This document shows positions 28,947-50,250 of a stretch of DNA of 64,000 nt, one piece after another. The position numbers and the translations under genes are program-made. The notes beneath the pieces were generated by a model that saw only the letters and a list, made by a program, of their open reading frames with translations, made no database searches and was not told where the DNA came from. Origin of the DNA: the human T2T-CHM13v2.0 reference genome, Homo sapiens. The stretch lies in assembly GCF_009914755.1 (NCBI RefSeq), contig NC_060946.1; one strand, 5' to 3'. The stretch's first letter is position 1. Each line of letters starts with the position of its first letter.

Positions 28947-30382
28947 TCACACATCTCTCTTGGAGTCTGGGATTCCATCTGTTGTATTTTCTCCTTTTTT
29001 CTCCTCTGTCTGATGCCAGAAGATACTTGTTTTCTTCTTTTCAAGAAAAGTATCTCCCCACATAGGCGGTGGACCCAAAAAGTGTAGGCATGAGACGGTC
29101 AGAGCTCTTTGGGGTCCTGCTCAGAGTCCCCCAGGCAGGGCAGAGTCTGTATCCTGCTGCCATCTTGCAAGGGAAAACCGCCTCTCCTTCCAAGTATTGG
29201 GTCTTGGAAAGGTGTGTGTTTGGTGAAAGCCACTTAATGGTGGTGGGGTGCAGCTTTTCTCTAAGTGCAGTTACTCACTCAGGACAAAGGAGGAAAAGGA
29301 AGGCAGAGGTCAGCCAGGGTAGAGGGTGATGTCTGTTTTCCTTGGGAAACATCTGCTGATGAACTGGGTCCAGGGCCGTGCTAGGTCTGGGAACAATCCT
29401 CTCCAGGTCTTCACACAGAGTATCACCAATCCACAAACAGACCCGAAGTGAACTAGTTTACTCTGCCTACCTGTCCTTTCAATAGAGCAGTCTTTCCCGC
29501 TCTTCTGTTCTGAGAATGCACCCGGAATGGGGGAAACCCAGCAAGCAGCAGAGAGAAAGGCTCTTCCCGGGAGACCTGCCGCCTCTAGGGTGGTCAGAGA
29601 ATAGCAGCTGGGATTTTGGAGAGGGAGAGGATAGGTAAAGCAGCGTATTGAAGCATTTGCGGAGGGGTGTATTAGTCCTCCCACCCTGAGCACACCAGGA
29701 CGGGGATGCATCCTTGCCTTGTGTGCTTGTAAAGGCTTCTTTCCCTTGGTATAGCAACTTCAACTGCACCTGAACCTCCAACCTCTGCCCAGCCTCTGGT
29801 GCAGGGTGGATAGAGGTCTAGCCAGCCCTTACTTCCTGAAGAGAGCTCTGTGGGAAACTCGAGGCTACAGTAGCTTCCCGGCTCCCAGCTCCTACCCTAC
29901 CCCCACCAAAGCAGAAACGGGAGACGGCAACGTTCTGGCTGCCATTAGACTTACGTCTCCCTCCCCTACGTCCCCTAGCTTCCCAAGACAGGAAGAAATG
30001 TGCAAAAGGCCCCTCCGGAGAAAACTATTTTGCCGTTCAGCTGTTCTTTACAGAGGATGTTATTTTAGTGAGACCCAGGTCCTAGACCTTCTGATTCCTA
30101 TTTATTTTTTTAACAGACTAGTCTCAAAGTACAGCACAAAATCTCTTCTCTGCCTTCTCTTGTGATGTTCCAGAGAGCATCTGTGGTTGTGATTTGGAAT
30201 AAGTCATATTTATTTGGTTTACTGTGCCTATTCAGATCTCTGTATGTTGTGTGTGTTTCTGTGTCCTGGAATTGGATGCGTGGGACTCGTTCTGTCCGCG
30301 GAGTGCACTCTTTTTTTCAGTGTGGCCCACATATCTTGTAAATGTTTGCTGAAGAGTTGTGTCTATATATAGAGAAAATATA

Positions 30383-30432
30383 TATAAACAGAGAAATATG
30401 TGAATCTGTTTTTTTTTGTCTTTTTTTTTTTA
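30383..30432 (+). terminator. Probable SGSM1 polyadenylation signal (TATAAA variant) plus U/GU-rich downstream element
   Basis: TATAAA at 30383-30388, then tctgtttttttttgtctttttttttt starting ~17 nt downstream. Confidence 0.5.
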
Positions 30433-30565
30433 ATTTGAAAGAAAAAAATGCTTGCTTCTGAGGACTGTGTCCTCCCACTCACACCCCAGTGACCCTATAT
30501 GGGGTCAGATTTTTGTAATAGCTGCCTGGCCTTTTCCCAGAAAAGGTGAATCACTTCTGACTTCT

Positions 30566-31459
<894 letters not shown>

Positions 31460-32463
31460 TCAGCCATTTGACATGAGAGCATAGCTCTAAATTAACACTT
31501 CTCTGAATCCCACCTGCTGAGCTAGCTCATTTCTCACCTCTGATGCTCCCAAAGACAACGAGTTCATTTCCCCCAACATCGCTGGTTCTCACTCATGGCT
31601 GCCATTCAGAACTATAGTCATCAGGCAGTGAGCACCTTGCGCAGATCTCCATCTCCATCAGTCTCTAAACATGGACTCAGGAAAACTAGTTTTCAGCTAC
31701 GGAAGTGCAGCCTGATTTAATATAATGAGCACCATCAAAACTTCAGATTTTAAATAGAAAAAGATTTCCAACTGAGCCAGCAAAGTAGAGGAGAAGTTTG
31801 CAGGTGGCATTGGCTGCCTGGGTGTGCCACATCACCACTTTCTTGGAAGACTCCCAGCAGAGGCAAGAATGAAACCCACAGCAGCCGGCAGGTGGGGGCT
31901 CTTTTAGTTGGAACATATGCTTCCTCCTGGGGGAAGCATCTCAGAGCAAATACTGGTCCTGATGTTGCCACTGTCCCTTGAAGCCTCCAGTCTCATTTCT
32001 CTGACTTCAACCTGAACTCTGTCCGTGGGCTATACTCCTGGAGGGCGCCACTATTGTTTGCAGCTGCCTGGCACGGCCAGACCTGGGGAGTGCTGGGCAC
32101 CTGTTGCGTGTGCACAGATGCCTGGTCACATGTGCTATTGGCCTTTGATCATTGGCAATATATTTTACAGGGAAAAAAAATCCTAAGAGAACATTTTTGC
32201 TTTTGTAAAGGCTTTTCTAAATACATGCACTCGGGCTGGGCACGGTGGTTCACTCCTGTAATCCCAGCAGTTTGGGAGGCCGAAGTGGGTGGATCACCCG
32301 AGGTCAGGAGTTCAAGACCATCCTGGCTAACATGGTGAAACCCCGTCTCTATTAAAAATACAAAAAAATTAGCTGGGTGTGGTGTCGGGCGCCTATAATC
32401 CCAGCTGCTCAGATCGCGCCACTGCACTCCAGCCTGGGCGACAAGAGCGAAACTCCGTCTCAA

Positions 32464-32498
<35 letters not shown>

Positions 32499-32937
32499 AT
32501 GCACTTGAACTTTGCATAGATGCGAAAAGATGGGTCTTGGATCATGAGGCACATTTTCACGACTCAGTGGGGCTGAAGAAGTGGTCTTGGTTTCCATGGG
32601 CACCTGCAGTTGGCATCGTGGCCCCTGCTCTTCTCTTCATCCCCCTTTCCTGCACCTCTTTCTCTTTTCCTTCCCCTTCATCATATTCCTTTCCTCCTCC
32701 CCCTTCTCTCTCCCCTTCTTTTGCCTCCTCTCCTTATATCAAAGAGCACTTGGATAGCGTCTGTGCTCACATTTTCTACCTGAATTATGCTGGTCTTACA
32801 CAGAGCAAGACTGCAGTGTGAAGCCCTTTCTGGATGTTCCAATTTTTTTTTTTAAACCATCTGCCATTTCCTTTTCTCCTAGAATTTTCCTTTTGGCTTA
32901 TAGGAGAGAACTTGGGGCAGCTGAGAAGCACTTTTCA

Positions 32938-33504
<567 letters not shown>

Positions 33505-33811
33505 TTATTTTACAAAAATACTATTTCTTACCAAGGGCTTTGAGTCTGAAGCCTGTTCTTTCTCTCTCACAGAGAGATGTAGCAAGAGTTTGAGAGGCAT
33601 TGAAGACATGCTAGTACCCCATGAGCCTTTCTTCTTGGAGGATTCAAAGGGGAGTTGAAACAAGAATGACTTTCTCTGCTGAGTGCGGTGGCTCACGCCT
33701 GTAAATCCCAACACTTTGGGAGGCTGAGGCAGGCAGATCACCAGGTCAGGAGATCGAGACCATCCTGGTCAACATGGTGAAACCCTGTCTCTACTAAAAA
33801 TACAAAAATTA

Positions 33812-33949
<138 letters not shown>

Positions 33950-34098
33950 TCAAAAAAAAAAAAAAAAAAAGAATGACTTTCTCACCATACCAACTAAAAT
34001 CATGTCATATAGCTCTGTCCACATATTCGGGGAACAATAATGTAGGATCCCAGATCTGGTACTATGGCTGTGTGGCCTTGGGCAAATTCCTTTACCTC

Positions 34099-34550
34099 TG
34101 TGAACCCAGAAAATCTGAGGCAGGTCTCAGTTAATTTAGAAAGTTTATTTTGCCAAGGTTGAGGACATGCCTGTGACACAGACTCAGGAAGTCCTGACGA
34201 CATGTGCCCAAGGTGGTCAGGGCACAGCTTGGTTTTATACATCTTAGGGAGAAATGAGACATCAATCAATATATGTAAGAAATACATTGGTTCGGTCTGG
34301 AAAGGCAAAACAACTTGAAGCAAAGACAGGAAGACTTGAAGTGGGGAAGGAGCTTACAGGTCACAGATGAGTGAGACACAAACGGTTGCATTCTTTTCAG
34401 TTTCTGATTAGCCTTTCCAAAGGTGGCGATCAGATATGCATCTAGCTCAGTGAGCAGAGGGCTAACTTTGAATGGAATGAGTGGCATGTTTGCCCTAAGC
34501 AGTTTCCAGCTGGAGTTTTCCTTAGTGATTTGGGGTAGTTACCTTTCACA
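34099..34550 (-). mobile_element. MER4A-like ERV1 solo LTR inserted in a MIR
   Basis: TG...CA termini. 4-bp TSD cctc at 34095-34098 and 34551-34554. The MIR halves rejoin across it. Confidence 0.85.
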
Positions 34551-36408
34551 CCTCTTAGCCTCAGTTTCCACTTCTGCAAAATGGAGATAATAATGCCTCC
34601 TTTGGTTCTGGACTCAGTCTTGGCCCCTCCACCCTCATTCACTGGAACTCTCTGCCCCTCAGCATCACTGAGGATGGGGGTGGGAACCCATTTGTCCTGA
34701 GTTCCCATCGTCTACCTTTCTTAGGTTCTCAGGTGAGACTTTGATACTTAAGAGAATGCAGCTGTAGGAGGAGAACTCCAGAAAGGGTGAGCCTTGGACC
34801 CTCCTGGGCTATGTCTTAGAGAAACTCTGAAATTCGGTATGATAAGGCCATCAGTTCTTGGCAGGAGCATCATCTACACTGACACTGCAGTCTGCATCTG
34901 ATTCTGCTGTCAGGAAAGGGCTCCCAGCTCCCCATCTTTTTGGCTTCCAAGCCACTGTGCATATTGAGAGCTTGAGCCCAGGACAGGTATAAACTCTAGA
35001 GGAGCACAATTTGACACTTTTTGAAGTGCCAGCTTGCCAGTCCATTTCTAAGTCAACTCCAGCAGAATTCAAATGACCAACGGGATTGTGGAGACTTTCC
35101 ATTACATAAGGATGTGGTACAGGGACGCTCCAATGTCTTCCTGGCTTTCTTTTTTCAAATTTGTGGGCACAGTAATTTCCAGGCTTTGTAGGTGCAGGAC
35201 TCCTTGCAAACAATGGATGCCTCTTGTTTTGATGAAGAGAAAATTGCAGCACTCCCTCTATTGCCAAATAAAGACAGAGTCTCTCTGTAACTGATTCTGC
35301 TTTACCGGCTGGAGAATCATTCCCTTTGGCTTTGCTGAAACAGTTCAAAGAGAAAATTAAGAAACTCAGGGGCCATAGTGAGGTTATTACAGAGAAGAGG
35401 CAGCATGTTTCAAGCACCAGTAGGTGCTGTGCAGACTGAGTTTGAGCTTCTACTTGCTGGCTTCCACTTGCCCCTCCTTGTACTGGGATCTGCCCGAGGC
35501 TTAAGGCATCTACCCATATGAGACAGGTTTGCACTGAAGTGCTTCTGATAACACTTGAAATGAACCACTGGTCTTCAGTCCATTTGAACCCCTTGGGGTA
35601 TCTTCCTAGATTTGCTATTACTTTTTTTCTATTGTTCTGTTTTAAAAAGCTGTCAAGTTGTTCTTATTGTTCATACTGAAAGATAAATAACAATCTGTGT
35701 TCTCTGTGAACTATGTGTCTTCAGAACAGTGGAATCACTCCTGGGGGGTGTTCATGTATATTCTTGGGTGGGTGTTTGAAGCCAAAAGAGTTTGATTATG
35801 AGGAGCTGGATGGATGGGGACAGAGGAAACAAATCCAGGTGTTATTTTGAATCTATCACAGAGTCTGACAGACCTGGGTTCAAATCCCAGCTCTGTCACT
35901 GATCGGCTGTGTGGCCTTGGGCAAGTAATTTTACCTCTCTGAGCCTTGATTTTCACTTCTGTGAAATTGGGATAAGAAAGACTCCCTTAAAGAGAGAACT
36001 GGCCATTGAGTTTCTGCCTGCTCAGCATCCTTCCCTCCTTCTGGTACCAGCACCCCCTCAACTTTGGGGAACTATAACGGTGGCCTTCTAGTGAGACTCC
36101 TGACATGGCCCTCCCTGCCCAGGGGTGAGCACATGACTCATTGCAGGCCGATCAGACCCCTTCCCTGGGATTTATATATACCAAGAGAGGAAAGAGAAGT
36201 TCACTCTTTCCTCTGGGGCAGCTATGCTAGGAGATGCCAGCCTAGAGCTGCCTATGACCATGTCTTCTGCAGATAGGAGTCAAGTATGGCTGGGTCCAGA
36301 TGTTCAGATGAAGTTCTTAGAGCTCCACCTCTCTCCATCTCGTGCTTCTATTCTCCTCCATGCTGGCTTCCACAGAGCCCATGCCCAACTCTGAATCAAT
36401 CATTCTGA

Positions 36409-36723
<315 letters not shown>

Positions 36724-36917
36724 TGACCCACCCACCTCGGCCTCCCAAAGTGCTGGGATTACAGGCGTGAGCCACGGCGCCTGGCCAACTGTGGGTCATT
36801 TTTTATAGGAAGATTAGGGTACTGCTCCCGAAGAAGAGCAATGTATCAACACAGGAGAAATCAACAGATTGACTCCTGGCCGAGCAAGCAGCATGTGCCA
36901 AGCTGTAGAGGTGGGAA

Positions 36918-37872
<955 letters not shown>

Positions 37873-38890
37873 GGAATAGGACTGCTGTGGGCTTAGAAGT
37901 TTACTGTGGCTAGAAGGAGAGGCACAGGGGTTGGGTGGGTGACAAGAGCCTGAAGAGAGAGGTTGGAAATGGATTCTAAAGGGTCCCAGGTAACAGTGTA
38001 GTTTCCACATCAACGGGATTATTTGCATAAGGGGTGAGAAAGGTCCTTAACTCCTTCTCCCCACCCCAAAATTGGCTCTTTTTTTTTTTTTTTGTCTTTT
38101 TTGAGACAGAGTCTCCCTGTGTCTCCCAGGTGGGAGTGCAGCGGTGTGATCTCAGCTCACTGCAACCTCCGCCTCCCGTGTTCAAGCAATTCTCCTGCCT
38201 CAGCCTCCTGAGTAGCTGGGACTACAGGCATGCACCACCACGCCCAGCTAATTTTTGTATTTTTAGTAGAGATGGGGTTTCACCATATTGGCCAGAGTGG
38301 TCTCGAACTCCCGACCTTATGATCCACCCGTCTCAGCCTCCCAAAGTGCTGGGATTACAAGTGTGAGCCACCGCTCCCAGCCTATTGGCTCAAAATCTTA
38401 TACATAATAGGCAGTCACTAAATATTTGATGAGAAAATAAATAATTTTCAAATTATCTAAAACAAGGAAGAATTATAAAAAGAGAAGGGAGAGAGAATAT
38501 GCGCATGCCAATTAAACAATTTAGTTTTTGAGTGACAACCATGAACTCAGAATTAGCCTGGGCAGTTTTCTTAAAGATGTTGACTTCTCAGCACAGTCCT
38601 TGAGGTAAGGATTGTAATAATAGTAGCCAATATTTATTGAACGCTATGTGCCAGACATGGTGCAAAGTGCTTTATTTACACAGAGCATCTCCAGTGAATT
38701 CTCAGAACAACCTTATGAGGTAGGTATGATTTCAACTTTCATTTTCCAGAAGAAAAAACTGTTCCAGAGAGGTAAAGTGGCTTGCCTGAAGTCACACAGC
38801 AAGAAGGAGCAGAGATGGGATTTGAAGTTGGCTACATGATGATTTCATAAAACTCTGGAGTGTGCCCTTTGTGCTACTCCCAGGAGATTT

Positions 38891-39199
<309 letters not shown>

Positions 39200-39209
39200 T
39201 CACTAACTT

Positions 39210-40060
39210 TCCATCCCACGACTCATCCACCCTTTATCCACCCATCCATCTATCCACCCACTCATTCATTCATTTGCTTATTTATTGGCTCATCTCTCCT
39301 TTTGTCTACCCACTCATTCAACTACGCTTCCAACTATCTGTCCCTTCACTAACCCATCCATTCAAACATACTCTTACCCACTTATTTTCTCTATCCTATC
39401 TACATATCCATTCACACATCCATCCTTCTGTCCATCTTCCTACTTAACCACCTGCCTGCCACCCATCCATCTGCCCACCCATCATCCACCCTCATCTTCC
39501 ATTCATCCATCCAGTATACCCATTTTCCTCATCCATCCACTAAAATATCCACCCATTCATTCATTGTTCATCCATCCACTTAACAACCCACTCATTTTTG
39601 CAATTCCCTAACCCACCCATCCATCCATTCACTTATTTATTGGCTCATGTCTCCTTTTATCCACCTACTCACTCACTCAACTACACTTCCACCCTTCTGT
39701 CCATCTGCTCATCCATCCACTCAGCCATGTTCATCTCCACTTATTCTCTCCATCCCTCTGTCCACCTATTTATTCACTCATCCATTCATCTGTCCATCTG
39801 CCTACTTAGCCACTTGCCTCCCACCAATCCATCCATCCACCCATCTCTCATCCTACATCCATCCAACTATATTCCATTCTATCAATTTTTCCTATCCTTG
39901 CATCCATCCATTCATCCATCCACCAGTCCATCCATCCATCTATCCATTCATCCATCTACCAATGTATCCATCTATTCATCCAACAGTTCATTCATCCACT
40001 TATCAACACACTCATTCATCCATTCACTAGCTCACCCATGCAGTCACGTGTTCATTCATC
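39210..40060. repeat. Degenerate (CCAT/TCAT)n low-complexity tract with an internal ~360-bp duplication
   Basis: Continuous catc/ccat/catt units. Shared anchors at 39277/39632 and 39439/39801. Confidence 0.9.
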
Positions 40061-40539
40061 AAAACTGTTAGAGGTGCTGCAGTGGGCATTAATGATACTA
40101 ATGAAATGACTGGACACCTTCTTGCTTCCAAGGCACTCATAAAAGAAATCAGAAGATCCCCTGGCCTCCCTTGCTGCTCTCCAGCCACCCTTGTCTACTT
40201 TCAGTTCCCTGCACATGCCTTGCTCCCTTTTTTCCATGCCTTTATTCTTCAGGTTCCCATTACCAGAAATGCCCTTGTACTCTTGGCTAACTTCTACTCA
40301 TCCTTCCAGACTTGGCTCAGGTGGGACCTCCTCCAAGAAGCTTGCCTTAACCCATGCATACACTGGGCCCATCCATGCACTGGGTCAGGTGTTTCCTGGA
40401 GTTTTTTCTAGCATCCTTTGCTCATCCCCACCATGTGAAATATCCACTGACTGATGCCCTCCAACCCCCGCCCCCCCCGCCGCCCAACAAACTAGACACT
40501 GCAAGCAAGCCTAGGACAAGGATCATGTCTCCATCAATT

Positions 40540-41220
40540 GACTCAGCAAATGTTTATTGGGCACCTATTATGTATGAAGCACTGTGCTAGGGGCTGGTGA
40601 TAACCAGGCAGACAGACATGTCCTTCTCCTCATGGAGCTGATGTTCTTTGGAGAAAGAGGGACAATAATCAAGTAGGCAGATTAGATATTTCAGGTAAGT
40701 ATGTGCTATGAAAAATATAAAGCAAAGTAAGAAGATGGAGAATCTAAGGAGAGGGAAGATCCCTTAGCTAGAAGTCATGGAAGACCTCATGGAGGCAGTG
40801 ATATCTGAGCAGAGCCCGTAATGAAGTGAGTAGCAAGACCTGTGAAAATCTGGGGAAAGAGGAGTCCAGCAGAGGGAGCAAGCATGGTGTATATGAGCAA
40901 CAGATTGCAAATCAGAATAGCCAGAGCACACTGAGCCTGGCAGAGGAAGGAAGAGATGAGGTTGGTGAGGGACTGGGGACTGGGTTAGGTGGAGCCTCAT
41001 AGGCTACGGTAAGAAGTTCAGATTTTACTCTGAGTATGATGGGAAGTGATTGGAGGGTGGATAAGCCAGTCTGAGTGGCATGATCTGATGTCAGGTTAAC
41101 AGGACTCGTTTGTCCAGTATGTGGCCAAATAGACACTAAGGGGGAGCAGTGACAGCAGTGAGACCTGTGAGGTGCTTATTGCTGTAATCCAGGCAAGAGA
41201 TGGTGGAGCATTAATTGAAT
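40540..41220 (-). mobile_element. L2 fragment
   Basis: caaatgtttattgggcacc 3'-end motif followed by purine-rich L2 body. Confidence 0.7.
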
Positions 41221-41647
41221 GAGGATTGCAATGAAGACCTGGCTAGTATATTCAAAAGCTATGTATAAATTACAGAAAAGTGACCCTTCTCAAGAGATGC
41301 AGTCTTGCAGGTTCACAGTTTAGCAAGTGAAGTATGGACTAGATTTCAGCATCTTCTCAGTTCTCAGCTGGGCATGCTTGCACAGTGCACAACATCCCCA
41401 ACTGTGTATGGTGGCCCTGGTAAGGATGACATGAAGTGGATGGATGAGCGAGAAACAAAGGGGGACAGATTATTAGGACTGGGTCAGCTAAGAGCAGTAA
41501 TGGGTGACACTAAGGATGCCATCTCTCCCTCCCCCTGATTTCTGGCTTGCCAAAGGACCAGGAATAGTCAACAATCCTAGGGTTTATCTCTGAGGTCTGA
41601 CCCGAGAGGCCAGGCTCTGCTCACAGACTCATTCATTCATTCATTCA

Positions 41648-42043
<396 letters not shown>

Positions 42044-42721
42044 TTACATAAAAAGAAACTGTCCAAGAAAATAAATTTTCCAATAAAAGTCCAAGAAACT
42101 GAAGTCATTTGCCTCAGAACACATGGGTAATTAAGTGGTAGAGCCAGAATGAAGATCCACATTGACTGACCAGCATATAGTACCTTTATTAAGCACTTGC
42201 TACATGCCAGGATCATCAGGAGAGGCACCTGGTAGCTGCTGTTACATCACCCTTATAACAATCAATTTTGAAGGCTGTATATTCTTCCTTAGAGGTGCTG
42301 GACTAGGAGTCCTTTCCCATTCTCCCCATTGTTGATTTTGGCAATGTGCATCATAGCTGGGACTTTAACACCTTAGCTTTCATTTTTAAACCTAGCAGTG
42401 TTTAGAGGGTGGCCAGGTAAGAGCGTGCAGGTTGTATACTGCACAACTCTCAGAGACACGTTGGGGGCCATCATAGATTTGCAAACTGATTACAGTGACT
42501 TTCCAGCAGATGGCAGTAGAGCATCCTAAAGAAGGGGCACCTTTTCCTAATTTGCACGAAGGTGCTACATTGGCCGGCAGCTGCCTTTGGAATCATCCTG
42601 CATGTTTGTTAAATTATCAGTAGCCGGACCCCACTCCACGCCTACAGAGACAGGGGCTCCGGGTGGAGCACAGAACTTGGCATCTTTGCAAAGTTGCACA
42701 GGTGTTTCTGAAGGGCTGTCA

Positions 42722-43117
<396 letters not shown>

Positions 43118-43302
43118 TCAACAGGGAAGATTACTAATGGAGACTGCAGGGACAAGGAGAGAAAGGGGCTGGCCGAGGTGCTCCCTAGCCAGGGATCTGG
43201 TGTTATGATCAGACCCCAGATCATCAGCCCCCCTTGAGCCTGGAGATGCAAATGGGAGGTACTAATAACTGTGGTCTGGTAGTGGGGGTTACTTTGCCCT
43301 AG

Positions 43303-43782
<480 letters not shown>

Positions 43783-43869
43783 TATTTATCCATTCTTCCA
43801 TGGAGCCTCCTCTGTTCTAAAGGGCTGCTTCTACCCAGTCGGGGCACCTTTTAAAAATTCACACACATA

Positions 43870-45881
<2,012 letters not shown>

Positions 45882-46478
45882 TCAAATGTATTTTAATATA
45901 AAAGTAAGTCAATGTAGAGTCAAGTCTTACTTTAATAATAGTCATGGTTTCACGGCATGGCTGAGACTGGAAGGTGATTTGCTAACAAATAGCCAATCCT
46001 GCCATTGATGGCCAGAAAGGAAGCCCAGAAGGGTGAGCCTGCCCAAGGGCACTCAAGGTCAAAAGCAGCTGAGCTGCCAACCAGGCCAAGGGCACTTAGC
46101 CAGCTTTGCCAGGCACCTGCGGCACAACCTTGGGTTTCACTTTGGCCATCTAAGCCCAGCCACCCACTAAACATGGCAGGAATTCTGGGGTTAGAGGCCA
46201 ACCAACCACTCCACCATATCCCTGGTGCGGGACCTGGGGCAAGTGGCTCTAGGCCCATTGCTCTAGGCCTCAGTTTCTCCATCTGTACAAGAAGATTATG
46301 AATCCCTTAGTCTGGACTAGGGGCAGACAGTGTTGGGATCAGTCAATGGGCAGGGTGATATGATGGAAAAAGGCAGAGAAGCCCAGATCCTCCCCTTCCC
46401 ATCTATAGGAGTTTGGGGAGATGGCCTCACCTCTCTGGAAAATGGGAGTGAGGGTTGTTGTGAAGCTTCAAGGGGATA

Positions 46479-46480
<2 letters not shown>

Positions 46481-46524
<44 letters not shown>
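46481..46524. repeat. (GT)n microsatellite
   Basis: Direct reading, ~22 units. Confidence 0.97.
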
Positions 46525-46525
<1 letters not shown>

Positions 46526-47539
46526 GCTGGGGGAGGGGCAGAGATAAACCTGGGCAGGTATATCTGGGTCAAGTTGCACGGGCTTTTTACCCCGAGATGA
46601 GAAAAACCTCGTGGCTGCTCGCCAGCAAGTGGAATATCCTCCCTTGAGTGAGAGGGGACAGTATTTTTATGGGGTTTTTTTGGTGGTGGTGGTGGTGTTT
46701 TCCCTACACCAAAATCAGCCTCTCCTTTGGGTTGGCAAGATAGTGAGGGGTGTAATTCCAGCCAGGAAGCCTGGGAGAGCTGAATCCACCTAGGCCTATG
46801 ATTGTGCCTCTCTCTGGCTGCGCCAGTGGCTGTCCAGGCGTTTCTCACCTTGAAAGGAGTTTTGTTCTCCAGATAATGCTCAATGTCACCTGGGAAAATC
46901 ACGTCAACCGTCCAGGTGCCCAGAAACCTAAATGAGGCATTATAACCCGAAACCACATCCGGCCAGGCTGCAATTGGCTGGAATCCACCTAAGGAGAGCT
47001 TGAAAGGGACTGAATATTTTCTCCTCTGGCTCAGTGCTTAACTTTTAATAGCAGTCAACAATTTCTGGGCACTCACCAGGCTTCGGTCTAAGCACTTGCA
47101 TAGGTAAGCACTTGTTACCTATAAGCCTTATGGCCACCTGATGCGATAGATACTATTATAGATAATATTATCACTGTTCCCATTTTACAGATGACAAAAC
47201 TGAGGCTCAGGAAGCAAGCCATAGAACTGAGACTCATACTTTGGGAATCAGGCTCGGGTTCTGGGCCCTAAGCCCAAAGTGATATTAAGGATTTAATTTA
47301 AAGGCCAACGAACCCAACGGCTTACTAGAGCTGCCCAAGGTTAGGGCATGGTCAGCTCTCATGCCTGCCCTGCCCAGGGGACAGGGATGATTCCAGAGAA
47401 GCCATACAAAGGCAGAATCTCAGGAGGAGAAATGGGACTGGGAGTTTAGAGGTAGCTGCTAGGGACTTGATATGTCAAGCCAAGTCTCTTTCTTCTTCTG
47501 GCTTCTATGTCTTTCTCTGTAAATTGGAGGGGTTGATCA

Positions 47540-49100
<1,561 letters not shown>

Positions 49101-49528
49101 AACAGGCAAGGATGCCTCTAGGGCTTTTGACCTGGGACGAAGAACCTGCAGAAGGAACATGTTTACTAGGGCAGCCGGAGGTGTCTGAGTGTGAGGTTGC
49201 GTAAGCAAAGCTTGAGATGTGTATCTTCCCCAACCCATCAATCGATATATACAGGCTTGAGTACAGACACAGCTCCACACCATGAAAAAGCCTGGGGTGA
49301 CACTGGGGACAAGCACAGAGGAAGGGCACCCAGTCCAGCCTGGGGGGTGCAGGCCATGTCCAGGCTGAGATGCACAGATGGGCAAACTGGGTCTGGGAAG
49401 GACTTTTATCTCTTATCACATTCTCCCGGCTATGCAGCCAGGTAAGTCCAATTTCTGGATCTATTCCAGCATCTGTCACAGATTGGCTGTGCCACCTAGG
49501 ACAAATTATGTAACGGCTCTGAGCCTCA

Positions 49529-49891
<363 letters not shown>

Positions 49892-50157
49892 TCAAAAAAA
49901 GAAAAACAAAAAAACAAAACCCCAGAAAACAAAACTATGGATGTTTCCACGTGCACTCTCACATAAGCAAGCATGCACACATGAGCGCACATGCACCCAC
50001 CCACCCACCCACACACACACACACACACAATTGTATGTCATTTCAGAGGCTCATGGGCCCCCTGAAGCCTGTAACAGCCCCTGAACGTGCTTTGTGCTAT
50101 CCCAGTTTCCTTCCCTCCTCACTCCTCACCTCAGGTCACTTGTCCCTCCAGACTCAC

Positions 50158-50250
50158 CACACTTTAGGTCAAGACCCTCCAGCGTGGCCACCTCTGCTCA
50201 GGCTCCGGCTTTGGATCCACGTCTGTGACCTTATACAATTCTCCTCTCCT
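50158..50250 (-). other. LHFPL7: Candidate non-coding first exon of LHFPL7 (5' end uncertain)
   Basis: Strong minus-strand donor GTG|gtgagtc at 50157 in unique sequence. The acceptor at 43110 requires some upstream exon. Confidence 0.35.

Noticed and set aside
34851-35534. 227-aa minus-strand ORF in the intergenic gap
   Set aside because: GTG start, no recognisable domain, no splice context and random-looking composition. Likely a chance ORF in old repeat or unique DNA. A BLASTP or PhyloCSF check would settle it.
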